A stretch of 63,847 nt of DNA, filler included, from Lama guanicoe (lineage: Eukaryota): assembly GCA_013239625.1 (NCBI GenBank). It is 141 parts of 141 records of this genome, joined end to end, with 100 filler letters (N's around TTAATTAATTAA, not from the genome) between each part and the next. Parts side by side here need not be neighbours in the genome. Positions count along the whole stretch, not along the records: positions 49,845 to 50,199 come from PNXV01057803.1; positions 50,300 to 50,653 come from PNXV01057804.1; positions 50,754 to 51,108 come from PNXV01057805.1; positions 51,209 to 51,563 come from PNXV01057806.1; positions 51,664 to 52,017 come from PNXV01057807.1; positions 52,118 to 52,472 come from PNXV01057808.1; positions 52,573 to 52,927 come from PNXV01057809.1; positions 53,028 to 53,382 come from PNXV01057810.1; 133 more parts are not named here. One strand, given 5' to 3'. Made by a program: the position numbers and the translations under genes. The notes below the pieces were generated by a model. That model was given only the letters and a program-made list of their open reading frames with translations. It did no database searches and was not told the origin of the DNA. Positions 49,845-61,117 of the stretch are shown piece by piece (position 1 is the first letter of the stretch; each line of letters opens with the position of its first letter).

Positions 49845-50199
49845 GGTCGCTGAGGGATGCGCCTGGACATTCAGGGAAGACTGGGAGAACCAGCCCAGGA
49901 GAGGGACGGGACGCGACCCGGGAGCCCAACTCCTCAGCGTCCGGAGGCCTTGGCCAGGCGGCCGGGGGCGGCCGGAGGGGCCCAGCTGATCCCAAGAGCG
50001 GAGGCAGTCGGACCAGGCCCCAGGGAGGGCCGAAGGCAGGGAGTGCCGACGCACACGAGGGTGCCTGAGGAGGCCCGCTCCTTTCTCGGACACCCCCGGG
50101 CCGTTGGCTGAGAGCTGAAAGCTTAGGTGCTCTGCGCGTGCGCCTGGGTCCTCAGGCCCCTTGCTCACCCTGGCGCCCGCTCCCTGGGCGGCCTGGGGT
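49845..50199. promoter_or_regulatory. CpG-island-like fragment
   Basis: High GC and CpG content; no recognisable ORF. Confidence 0.45.
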
Positions 50200-50753
50200 N
50201 NNNNNNNNNNNNNNNNNNNNNNNNNNNNNNNNNNNNNNNNNNNTTAATTAATTAANNNNNNNNNNNNNNNNNNNNNNNNNNNNNNNNNNNNNNNNNNNNC
50301 TCTGAAATTATCCTGCATTGTATATGCAATTAAAATTACAAGGAAAACTGCTGATGAAAGACATGAAATTAAAATTAGTAGACAACATTCAAAAACAAAA
50401 AAGCATTAAATTAGACTAAATGGTAAAAGCAGGAAGACAAAGAAAGCAGGGAATAATGAATATTCCACAAAACTGTACAAACCAGAAATTAAGAGAATAA
50501 AAAATGTACTACAAGAATGTTAATATTTATAGAATTTGAGATATTATGGGATTTTTGAAAAGGAGAAAATGAAAAAGCTTAAAGAGTTGTTGGGGTCAAT
50601 GCTTTTTTTCAGGGGCAAAGCTGGAGCACCCCCTCAGCTTGAGGTTCCCACCCNNNNNNNNNNNNNNNNNNNNNNNNNNNNNNNNNNNNNNNNNNNNTTA
50701 ATTAATTAANNNNNNNNNNNNNNNNNNNNNNNNNNNNNNNNNNNNNNNNNNNN

Positions 50754-50788
50754 GATAGATAAATGGATGGATGGATAGATAGATAGAT
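50754..50788 (+). repeat. (GGAT/GATA)n simple repeat
   Basis: Direct reading. Confidence 0.8.
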
Positions 50789-51254
50789 TTATATGAATTA
50801 TATAAATGATAGCTTTCTCTCCTGGCCTAGGTGAACCATCCCTACTATTCAAGGACCTGGAGTGCTCAAATGGGCCTTTCTTGTTCAACCTGCTGAACCC
50901 TTATTTTCTGAGTGAGCACTTAATGAAGGCCTGAGGGAAAGTGATGATGGGTGAATGCAAACCCTTCTGAGCTTCAGATTCCTCTAGAATCTACACACTC
51001 ATCCTAGTCTACTCTCAACTTTGAACAATTGTGAAAATATTCAGCTGCTTTCTCACAGTTCCTAAGGATGGCAGCTTCCTCCTTTCCACTGTTCTGCCAA
51101 GAAAAAAANNNNNNNNNNNNNNNNNNNNNNNNNNNNNNNNNNNNNNNNNNNNTTAATTAATTAANNNNNNNNNNNNNNNNNNNNNNNNNNNNNNNNNNNN
51201 NNNNNNNNCCTCAGTGCCTCTTGACGCTGTGTCCATTCTGAGAGCACTGCCTTA

Positions 51255-51563
51255 GTGCAAGTCCTCTCGCCTGGACTACTGCTGGTAGTAGTCCTCGGAA
51301 TCTTTCCCCTGCCATCTGCACAGTGGCAGAGTGGTAGTTCTAAAAAAAAAGGCTCAGATCACCCTAACCCTCCTTCACAATAAGCCCTCCACCGCCTGGA
51401 GAAGAGGCTCCGGACTCTTTCATATGCTAAATGTGATCTTTCGATTTCTGACCGCAGCTGCTTACTCCAACTTCATCTCCCTCGGAACTCAACACCCCAC
51501 AACTTGCCACTTCCCCAGTCCATTATCTCCTTCTAGGCCTTGCCTACGCTGATCCCTTTACAG
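51255..51563 (+). mobile_element. L2 fragment
   Basis: ctctcgcctggactactgc...cagagtggtagttctaaaa...tcagatca...tactccaacttcatctcc. Confidence 0.6.
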
Positions 51564-51663
51564 NNNNNNNNNNNNNNNNNNNNNNNNNNNNNNNNNNNNN
51601 NNNNNNNTTAATTAATTAANNNNNNNNNNNNNNNNNNNNNNNNNNNNNNNNNNNNNNNNNNNN

Positions 51664-51778
51664 GGTATAGCTCAGTGGTAGAACGTGTGCTTAGCATGCA
51701 CGAGGTCCTGGGCTTAATGCCCAGTACTTCCATTAAATAATAAATACATAAATAAACCTAACTACCCCCCCAAAAAAA
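51664..51778 (+). mobile_element. Vic-1-type SINE
   Basis: ggtatagctcagtggtagaacgtgtgcttagcatgcacgaggtcctgggcttaatgcccagtacttcc, followed by A-rich linker, cctaactaccccc and polyA. Confidence 0.92.
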
Positions 51779-52117
51779 CACAAGTTAAAGGGAAAGTAAG
51801 AGTGAAGGGATCTGAGAAATATCCAATAAAGCATTGAACCAAATGAACTTACGAGGTCCTTTTAATTCTTAAGTTCTAGAAGTCACTAATTTATATTTTC
51901 TTTTTAAGAAACCTCAAATTCACCCTTGTCCAGGGATTTAGGGTTAAGATATAAGTAATTCAAGTAGAAATGCCCACCTTCACATCATTTCACACCTCTT
52001 TGGGAAAAGGGTGGGGGNNNNNNNNNNNNNNNNNNNNNNNNNNNNNNNNNNNNNNNNNNNNTTAATTAATTAANNNNNNNNNNNNNNNNNNNNNNNNNNN
52101 NNNNNNNNNNNNNNNNN

Positions 52118-52346
52118 CAGAGGGAAGGCACAAGGCATTCTCCACCTGTGGTTCCCACATGCTGGCCTTAACCCATTTTATGGGACTCTCTTCTGCATGT
52201 ATGTAAGACCACCATCAGAGAAGACTGTTGAGGAATCCAAAATAATAGCTGTTTTCTACACCTTTGTAAGCCCAGTTCTCAACCCACTGATCTACAGTCT
52301 GTGAAACAAAGACATAAAACGAGCATTGAAGAGAGTCCTCAGATGA
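52118..52346 (+). pseudogene. OR5M11: Olfactory receptor OR5M11-like pseudogene, C-terminal part
   Basis: [18 protein letters not shown](1-nt deletion ~52174)[55 protein letters not shown]; premature TGA at 52302-52304. Confidence 0.88.
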
Positions 52347-52728
52347 GATGAAATATGGTCACCAAGGTAGCAACACCTCCAATTTCCAATAAACCATAAA
52401 CTCTAAATTCTTGGCTAAATATCTTTGCATTTTATGATGAGTTTTAATATTCTTTATGGATATGTCTCAGACNNNNNNNNNNNNNNNNNNNNNNNNNNNN
52501 NNNNNNNNNNNNNNNNTTAATTAATTAANNNNNNNNNNNNNNNNNNNNNNNNNNNNNNNNNNNNNNNNNNNNCTAAAAAAGCCTCCTGTTAAAATGGAGT
52601 ATTTTCTCATTCAAGCCAAAACTCAGCAGCAGCACAAACACTCTGCATTAAGGGAGAGAGTGACGTGAAGCAGCTGCCTCCTCCTTCCTGATCTAAGGCT
52701 GCGTCACCGCTCTCCCGTGAGCTTTTAC

Positions 52729-52918
52729 CTCCCCTCTCTTTTCTTGCCGTGGATTGGGATCCAGCCTGTCTTCAGTATCAACAGCCAGCACACATACCTC
52801 TGCATTCATGGGACTGGCCATGGCAGACATGTAGGAAGGGGGTGCCGAGGAAGAGAACGAGGGACACTACACTGGGGCGACCATGCTGGCGGGCATCAGG
52901 GCCCCGACCACAGCGTCT
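52729..52918 (-). pseudogene. HERC2: HERC2 exon copy with in-frame TAG, splice sites intact
   Basis: cctgacag|(R)DAVVGALMPASMVAPV*CPSFSSSAPPSYMSAMASPMNAEVCVLAVDTEDRLDPNPRQEKRGE|gtaaaa vs recalled human RDAVVGALMPAAMIAPVECPSFSSAAPSDASAMASPMNGEECMLAVDIEDRLSPNPWQEKRE. TAG at 52867-52869. Confidence 0.9.
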
Positions 52919-53937
52919 CTGTCAGGANNNNNNNNNNNNNNNNNNNNNNNNNNNNNNNNNNNNNNNNNNNNTTAATTAATTAANNNNNNNNNNNNNNNNN
53001 NNNNNNNNNNNNNNNNNNNNNNNNNNNTTTTTTTCTGGAAGTCAGAAAAATGAGCATGAATTGAAGGTTTACTAATCTCCTCTGAGCAGCCACTGGGCTA
53101 AATAAATTGGTGAGCAAGGGAAAGATTGCAAAGGAAATAACTAATAAAAAATAGGAATTGCATAGGAGGGGTTAAAAAAAAGTCAATGAACCAACAGATG
53201 CAAAGTCACATCCTAGTGATGACTTAAGAATGTGTAGAAGTCTGTAAGAAGCTATCAAAGTGTGGTGGAGCTAACTGGGGAATAGAGTGCATGAGAGATG
53301 GAAGTTTGGAGATGGGTTTTGAAAGACATGATGGGCATGACTTGGCACACAGCCTTTCATACGGGACAACAGCTTGAACAAGNNNNNNNNNNNNNNNNNN
53401 NNNNNNNNNNNNNNNNNNNNNNNNNNTTAATTAATTAANNNNNNNNNNNNNNNNNNNNNNNNNNNNNNNNNNNNNNNNNNNNGTTAACAAGCATGTTGAG
53501 TTTCATTTCCTTTGGCCAGACTTATGAGTCATCTCGTGTCGCTCAGGCATTCTGATGTTGAAATCATAGGAACGTTGAGGCGTAGTTGCTCTAGCCATAT
53601 GCTATTAGCAGAGCCACATATCAGATAGTGTCTGAACTAAATGCATCTCATCCATCATTTCACCAACTCTGATAAGATACAGCGGAGGTAGCCAAAATTA
53701 AGGGCCCAATAGCAGTAAGCAGTGCTCACATGTCTAAATCCTTATTTAAATTATTTACTCATCATCATAGCCATATTAGTGATTTATATGATTTCATAAT
53801 ATTACTGTGAGTACTTGCTGATTTTGAATCTTTAGGTNNNNNNNNNNNNNNNNNNNNNNNNNNNNNNNNNNNNNNNNNNNNTTAATTAATTAANNNNNNN
53901 NNNNNNNNNNNNNNNNNNNNNNNNNNNNNNNNNNNNN

Positions 53938-54292
53938 CTGTTCAGTCAAGAGGCATTGATGGCATGGACTAGGGTACAGCAGTGGAGGTGATGAGGGTAG
54001 GTAAGATTCTGGATATATTTTTAAGACAGAAAGGGGGATTTGCTTATGCATTGGATAAGGGTTGTAAGAAAGAAAAGGTGACTCCAAAATTTATGGAGAA
54101 ATAAGAGTTGATATTTACTGAAGTGGGTAAGACTGTCGGGGTAGAAGGATCTCAGATATTAGATTTGGATGTATTAAGTTTGAGGTGCCTATTGAATCAA
54201 AGTATTCAATACACAATTGGAAATAGGAGTTGGAATTCAGGAAAGATGCTGAGGAAATCTCATTTGAGGGATCAACAGTATACACAGGGTAT
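53938..54292 (-). mobile_element. L2 fragment
   Basis: gcagtggaggtgatgag...gattctggatatattttt...aagtttgaggtgcctatt. Confidence 0.8.
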
Positions 54293-54847
54293 NNNNNNNN
54301 NNNNNNNNNNNNNNNNNNNNNNNNNNNNNNNNNNNNTTAATTAATTAANNNNNNNNNNNNNNNNNNNNNNNNNNNNNNNNNNNNNNNNNNNNCTTATCTC
54401 TAAGTTAACAAAAATACTATGCAAGCATTTCTTTCCTTGTACAATGAAAATGCAGACTTTTTCATTTTGTAACTAGTGAAGTTAGGGACATTTCTAATAT
54501 GCTTATTTGGTGTAAACAGTTGTAACTATACCACTTTAACCATCATCTTAAACATTTTTAATATTGGTGTAACAATTCCTGCATTGAATCCTTAACAACA
54601 GTCTGTTCTCTTGGTAACTTGAAATGTTCTGGACAATACTGTTTACATAAATCATCTACTTTAATATTTAATATTTAAATGTGAATTTAATTTAGATGAA
54701 AATTATGAGTTAATGGCATTCATATTAATGTAAGTGTTCTATATTTTNNNNNNNNNNNNNNNNNNNNNNNNNNNNNNNNNNNNNNNNNNNNTTAATTAAT
54801 TAANNNNNNNNNNNNNNNNNNNNNNNNNNNNNNNNNNNNNNNNNNNN

Positions 54848-55202
54848 CTTGCAAAATCCTTCTGGAATATTCCAGAAGGTAAATACAGCTTGGTCGGGTG
54901 ATTTCCAGATGTGGAGACTGAGACCAAGCCAGAGGAAGCAAGGTGCCCTGGTCACACGAAAACCACCATATCTGGCCTTCCCCTAAACTTATCTTTTTTT
55001 TGGTGGAGGGAGGTAATTAGGTATGTATTTATTTATTCATAATGGAGGTACTGGGGATCAAGCCCAGGACTTTATGTATGCTAAGCACGTGCCCTACCAC
55101 TGAGCTACACCCTCCCCCCTAAACCTACCTCTTTTGTCTCTCCACCTCCAACTTCATCCCTCCTCCTGCCTGGCACATCATCCCTTGCCCAGCTGCATCT
55201 CT
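54848..55202 (+). repeat. Duplicate contig B (near-identical to 36239-36592)
   Basis: Same start and end as contig A, ~95% identity. Confidence 0.97.
54994..55117 (-). mobile_element. Vic-1-type SINE, full length (same insertion as 36384-36507)
   Basis: Reverse of ggggagggtgtagctcagtggtagggcacgtgcttagcatac...; same flanks as in contig A. Confidence 0.9.
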
Positions 55203-55302
55203 NNNNNNNNNNNNNNNNNNNNNNNNNNNNNNNNNNNNNNNNNNNNTTAATTAATTAANNNNNNNNNNNNNNNNNNNNNNNNNNNNNNNNNNNNNNNNNN
55301 NN

Positions 55303-55657
55303 TACATTTAAAGTGTTGTTAATTTAAGTAAGGTAGATAATGGTAAGTGATCACTTACTGTTGCTGTTTTGTTGTTTTCTGATGCTTTGTAGTTTCTTGT
55401 TCCTTTCTTCCTCTCTTGCTGTTTTACTTTAAGATTTGTTGCTTTTTCTTGAAGTGGTATGCTTGGATTTCTTCCTTTTAGCTTTTTTGTGTCTACTAGA
55501 GCTTTCTTTGTTGCTACCATGAGTTTTACACAAAACGTAACACTCCATTTTAAACTAATAGCGACTTAACTTCAATCACACAAAAAACTCTACCTTTTAC
55601 TTCTCCTCTCCAACATTTTAGGCTATTCATGTCACAATTTACAGCTTTTCATATTCT
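55303..55657 (-). mobile_element. L1 inter-ORF region / ORF2 start
   Basis: tacatttaaagt...cttactgttgctgttttgttg...gttgctaccatgag...catgtcacaatttaca. Confidence 0.7.
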
Positions 55658-56667
55658 NNNNNNNNNNNNNNNNNNNNNNNNNNNNNNNNNNNNNNNNNNN
55701 NTTAATTAATTAANNNNNNNNNNNNNNNNNNNNNNNNNNNNNNNNNNNNNNNNNNNNCTTTCCCACCACGTGAGTTTAGGGCCTCCTGCACCTGAGACCC
55801 CTCTTGTTTTCCAGGCCTGGGGTGCTCTGTGCTGAGCACCATGGCTGACATTCCTGTCCCCTGTGGGTTCCCCAACTCAGCAGCAGAAGTGCGATCCATC
55901 TCTGTTGTGGAAGCAAAGGAAGGAGGGAGGGAGGGCCAGTGAATGCATGAGCAGACACACACGCATTTCTGAAGACCATTGGTGCCTGGTGTCCCTTTTG
56001 CAGTTCAGGGACAGGCTGATGGGGAGACAGTGTCCTAAGTGCTCTCAGAGCCAGCCGTGGGGGGAAATTCACTCCTGCCTCAGCTCCCTGCATGTGTGCC
56101 CCTCCCTACTTCNNNNNNNNNNNNNNNNNNNNNNNNNNNNNNNNNNNNNNNNNNNNTTAATTAATTAANNNNNNNNNNNNNNNNNNNNNNNNNNNNNNNN
56201 NNNNNNNNNNNNCTTCAGGATGAAACAAAATAACACTTGACTCAGGGATGTTCTGGAAATTGTAACAGCATTTCTCAGGGAGTCCTTTCTAGTACGTTTC
56301 CTGTTGGGGTAAGCTCCCAGGGCAATTCTTCTGTGAGACGGCAGGCTCAAGGAAGGAGCAGCCATTGTGCCACAGACACATGTTTTGCTGTCGATCTGCT
56401 GACTCACTTCCTTGACCCAGAGCAGCTCTGGGCCTGTGGTTGCCCACTCTTCTCTCTGGACCTTCATTCAGTTTCTCTGACTCCTGGGTCAGGGGTGTTT
56501 AGTTGCATGGAGGGCGCTGACCTATGCAGGATACCTTTCTCAACTAAGTCAGAGGCAAGAAAAAAGGNNNNNNNNNNNNNNNNNNNNNNNNNNNNNNNNN
56601 NNNNNNNNNNNTTAATTAATTAANNNNNNNNNNNNNNNNNNNNNNNNNNNNNNNNNNNNNNNNNNNN

Positions 56668-57010
56668 GAAGTGTCCAACAGAAGAATGGATAAAGAAGAT
56701 GTGGTACATATATACAATGGAACACTCCTCAGACATAAAAAGAGAATGAAATTTTGCCATGTGCAACAACATGGATGGATGTGGAGGGTATTTTACTAAG
56801 TGAAATAAACCAAACGGGTCAATATAGGAGTAGAGGATTAAGAGGTACAAATTGTTAGGTATAAAATAAGTTACAAGGGTATATGGCACAATTCAGAGTA
56901 TATAATCAATATGTTACAGTAAATATAAATGGAGTATAATCTTTAAATATTGTGAATCACGCTATTGTACAGCTGTAGCTTATACATCAACTGTACTTTA
57001 ATTTTAAAAA
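56668..57010 (+). mobile_element. L1 ORF2 end and 3'UTR
   Basis: gaatggataaagaagatgtggtacatatatacaatggaa...ttaagaggtacaaa...gtgaatcacgctattgtaca. Confidence 0.9.
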
Positions 57011-57577
57011 TTGTCAACAAAANNNNNNNNNNNNNNNNNNNNNNNNNNNNNNNNNNNNNNNNNNNNTTAATTAATTAANNNNNNNNNNNNNNNNNNNNNN
57101 NNNNNNNNNNNNNNNNNNNNNNAAAAAATTATGATTTGTTAAACTAAAAAATAACCCCCTGCAAATGGAAGTCCTTAATTTCAATTTTCCATTATGTGTA
57201 ATGTGGAAAATATGAAAAAATACATCAGGCAAAAAATGATTATTATCTGGTTCTATACCAGTAAAAATTCCATAAGAATTGAGGCTTGGAAATGAAAAGC
57301 TGAAATTTCAGCTCTATCTTTTCATATAAGATGCAATTAGTAGTAAAAGTGCACCGTATTGAGTTTGGGGCATTTAAACAGAGTTTTGGTTTTGTACAAT
57401 GCTTGGCAGTTTCATTCAAATGTGATTAAAAGCTTTTTATTTTAAAATGAGTTTAAACTTACAGAAAAGTTGTAATANNNNNNNNNNNNNNNNNNNNNNN
57501 NNNNNNNNNNNNNNNNNNNNNTTAATTAATTAANNNNNNNNNNNNNNNNNNNNNNNNNNNNNNNNNNNNNNNNNNNN

Positions 57578-57932
57578 TAACATACATAAAGTGGACAAAT
57601 CTCAAGTGACAGATTTTTACGTATGTGTACACCCACGTAACCACCACCCAGATCAAGATACAGAACATCCCCAGCACCCAGCAGGCTCCCTCCTGCCCCG
57701 GCCCAGTCAACACCATCATTCTGACTTCTAACATCATTCGTCAGTTTGACCTGTTTTAGAACTTTATATACATGGAATCATACAGCGTGTACTCTTCAGT
57801 GTGTTTAATTTTGCTCGACAGTGTGTCTGCAAGACGTTTCCATGTTGTTGCACATGGCTGTGATCTGTCCATTTTCACTGCTGTATAGTATTCCATTGTT
57901 AATCTAGTACCATGCCTTGTTGTCAGTGGACA
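57578..57932 (-). mobile_element. L1ME/MC 3'UTR
   Basis: cgtaaccaccacccagatcaagatacagaacat...atggaatcatacagcgtgtactctt. Confidence 0.85.
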
Positions 57933-58942
57933 NNNNNNNNNNNNNNNNNNNNNNNNNNNNNNNNNNNNNNNNNNNNTTAATTAATTAANNNNNNNNNNNN
58001 NNNNNNNNNNNNNNNNNNNNNNNNNNNNNNNNAGTGCCTTCCCCTCCCCGCCCCCAGGTCCAGCCACCCTGACACCGCCCACTCCCAGTTCCCATCCCGC
58101 ACTTCCCTGCTTTGCCTGCCTGGCGACCAGTAGCCAGGCTTCTGCCAGTGTTCAGGGCTCCTTCCCCAGACCCGCCTCCTGCAGCAACCCCTCACACCCA
58201 CCAGGTACTATTCTTTCCTCCAGAATCCAGCCTGCCTGCCAGCCCCACTAGAAGCCAGAGGCCAGATTCCTGGGAGAACATGACCAGGTTTCGGAAAAGG
58301 CCAGGCTAGGCCTTTTTAGTTGCTATTTACAAAACTTGTCTCTGTGAGATCATGGGCCTCTAGGGGTTATGGTTTCATTGCATCTGANNNNNNNNNNNNN
58401 NNNNNNNNNNNNNNNNNNNNNNNNNNNNNNNTTAATTAATTAANNNNNNNNNNNNNNNNNNNNNNNNNNNNNNNNNNNNNNNNNNNNAAATGTTTTCCCA
58501 ATCAGAACAGTAGGTCAGTCACAACACCTGCTTCATAGACCTCTCTTGATTTTCCATCCCTGATTATGAATTATGAGGATCTTATGAGACAATTGAATGG
58601 CCATGACAATGGATTACTATTTGACAATATTATATTCAGGATATTTTGCTATTTCATTGTTAGAATATTCTTTGTAATTTCCCCCTCATCAGAGAGAGTA
58701 AAACAGTGCCTTTTATGTTTGTTTTCAAGCTCTGTCCTGATTCAGGATACTGGTACTTTTCTTCTTTTCAACTGATGTAACAATTCCATCTTGACTGACT
58801 CATTTGAGGAAGAAATTAACATGCCCAATGCGAAGTAAACAANNNNNNNNNNNNNNNNNNNNNNNNNNNNNNNNNNNNNNNNNNNNTTAATTAATTAANN
58901 NNNNNNNNNNNNNNNNNNNNNNNNNNNNNNNNNNNNNNNNNN

Positions 58943-59297
58943 TTTTAATGTGTCATTTGACATCAGTGTTTCCTTATTGATTTTCTCTCCAGATGATCTG
59001 TCCATTGATGTAAGTGGGATGTTAAATTCCCTACTAATATTGTGACAGTGTGAATTTCTCTCTTTTTATTTGTTAGTATTTGCTGTATGTATTTAGATAC
59101 TCCCATTTTGGGATATATCTTCTTTCTTGTTAAATTGATTCCTTGATTGTTATGTAATATCTTTCTTTGCTTTTATTATACAGTCTTTGTTTTAAAGCCT
59201 ATTTTGTCAGTTATAAGTATTGCTACTCCAGATTACTATTTGTATCTATTTGCATGAAAGATGTTTTTACATCCACTCACATTCAGTCTGCATGGTT
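58943..59297 (-). mobile_element. L1 ORF2 endonuclease region
   Basis: gatgatctgtccattgatgtaagtgggatgttaaattccc...aagcctattttgtcagttataagtattgctactcc. Confidence 0.88.
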
Positions 59298-59409
59298 NNN
59301 NNNNNNNNNNNNNNNNNNNNNNNNNNNNNNNNNNNNNNNNNTTAATTAATTAANNNNNNNNNNNNNNNNNNNNNNNNNNNNNNNNNNNNNNNNNNNNGGA
59401 CAAATGTAT

Positions 59410-59745
59410 AAAACAGAAACCAATCGAGATTACTCCAGTCTGAACTCACATCTCACAGAACTCTAATCATTGAATAAATCATTTACAGCAGTTGCAACAT
59501 TGGGATATTCCGATCCAGTTCTGAGGCTATAAACCCTATTGCTGAAATGAACTGTAAATTTGGATTGAACGGTTATCCCTAGAGCACCTCGTTCTGTTAA
59601 TCAATGTACTGGATCAACACATGCCACAGCATTTTCAATAGCTGGTCTAAATGTTAGTCACTTGCAGTTTGGAGTTTGTTTTATTCACTGGGGCCTCCAC
59701 AACCAAATATTTTAAGCCATTAAAAGCTGTGTTATTCCTTAATAT
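59410..59745 (-). pseudogene. Ancient NUMT of mitochondrial 16S rRNA (3' half)
   Basis: gattactccagtctgaactcacatctc, ataaaccctattg, gttatccctagag and caaccaaatatt align in order with the reverse of conserved mt-16S motifs (ggattactccggtctgaactcagatcacg, gtaaaccctattg, tgttatccctaggg, ccccaaccgaaatt). Heavily diverged. Confidence 0.85.
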
Positions 59746-60307
59746 TCAGTTANNNNNNNNNNNNNNNNNNNNNNNNNNNNNNNNNNNNNNNNNNNNTTAA
59801 TTAATTAANNNNNNNNNNNNNNNNNNNNNNNNNNNNNNNNNNNNNNNNNNNNCTCCCCTACCACCCAACACAGTCCTCATGTTACAGCCACACCTGAATC
59901 CTAGCATCCTGCACATTCACATGGACATAAAATTGTTTCCTGCTTCTATACATCTGCTCTTGCTGTTTTGATGTGTCTGGAACTCCCCTGATGGCCACTC
60001 ATCCTTTCAAGGAGCCTCTGACACTTAGAAATCTTTGCTCAGACAGAGCTCTTCCAAATGCGTTTAGAAGCTCAGAGCTCTGTTAGTTTTTATCAATATA
60101 TTAGGTGTTGTTTCCTGTAGAAAATTTGTAAAATATAGACTAGCAAGAAGGATTTTAACAACTCACCCCCAGCTTCAACACTCCAAGGTAGTCACTGGAT
60201 GGCATTANNNNNNNNNNNNNNNNNNNNNNNNNNNNNNNNNNNNNNNNNNNNTTAATTAATTAANNNNNNNNNNNNNNNNNNNNNNNNNNNNNNNNNNNNN
60301 NNNNNNN

Positions 60308-60662
60308 CAGACAAAAAACATTATAAGAAAAGAGAATTATAGACTAATATCTCCCATGAACATACATGTAAAAATCCTCTGCAAAATATAAGCAAATCAA
60401 TTCTAACAGTGTATAAAAAGAATTATATCTTGACTAAAGTGGGAGTTATCCCAGGTATGCAAAGCTAGCTCTGTATTTTAAAAAATCAATTAATGTACAC
60501 CAACCACATCAACAGGCTAAAGAAGAAAAATCTCATGATCATATCAACAGATGCAGAGAAAGCATTTGACAAAATTCAACACTCATTCATGATAAAAAAT
60601 CGCAGCAATTAGGAATAGAAATGAAACTTCCTCAACTTGAAAGATTATCTACCCCAAAAAAA
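60308..60662 (+). mobile_element. L1 ORF2 RT fragment
   Basis: atcatatcaacagatgcagagaaagcatttgacaaaattcaacac encodes [15 protein letters not shown]. Confidence 0.9.
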
Positions 60663-60762
60663 NNNNNNNNNNNNNNNNNNNNNNNNNNNNNNNNNNNNNN
60701 NNNNNNTTAATTAATTAANNNNNNNNNNNNNNNNNNNNNNNNNNNNNNNNNNNNNNNNNNNN

Positions 60763-61117
60763 TTTGTTTGTTATGTTTGATGGATCAGGCTATGGTCTAT
60801 CTTGGTATAAGATCTTTAGATTCTTGAAAAGAATGTATACTTTTATGCCCTACACTAGGATTTGACACAACATTGTAAAATGACTGTAACTCAATAAAAA
60901 AAGAAGTTTAAGAAAGTATATTCTGCTATTTTGGGGTGAAGTGTTCTATATATATGTCAATTAGATTCTGTTGATTGATCATGCTGTTGAGTTCTTCTAT
61001 ATTCTTGATGATTTTCTGTCTAATTTTTCTGTCAATTGTTGAGACCGGTGGGGGTCTGTTGAAGCCTACAACTATAACTGTAGACTTGTCAATTTCTCCT
61101 TTTAGTTATATCAGCCT
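60763..61117 (-). mobile_element. Old L1 endonuclease region interrupted by a short young L1 3' end (+, ~60840-60909)
   Basis: Host: ttgaaaagaatgtata...ttctgct...tgttgaagcctacaactataactgtagac. Insert flanked by aagaatgtata / aagaaagtata. Confidence 0.75.

Noticed and set aside
51664..51735. tRNA-Ala gene (also at 22881, 36384, 54994, 63333)
   Set aside because: Followed by SINE linker and polyA, with degenerate stems; these are Vic-1 SINE heads.
26254..52927. Idea that FBXW10, ANO6, ADCY1, HERC2 and others form a physical cluster or pathway in this window
   Set aside because: Fragment order reflects contig length, not genomic position.
59398..59752. Functional rRNA gene or mtDNA contig
   Set aside because: Too many substitutions in normally invariant 16S positions; interpreted as a NUMT.
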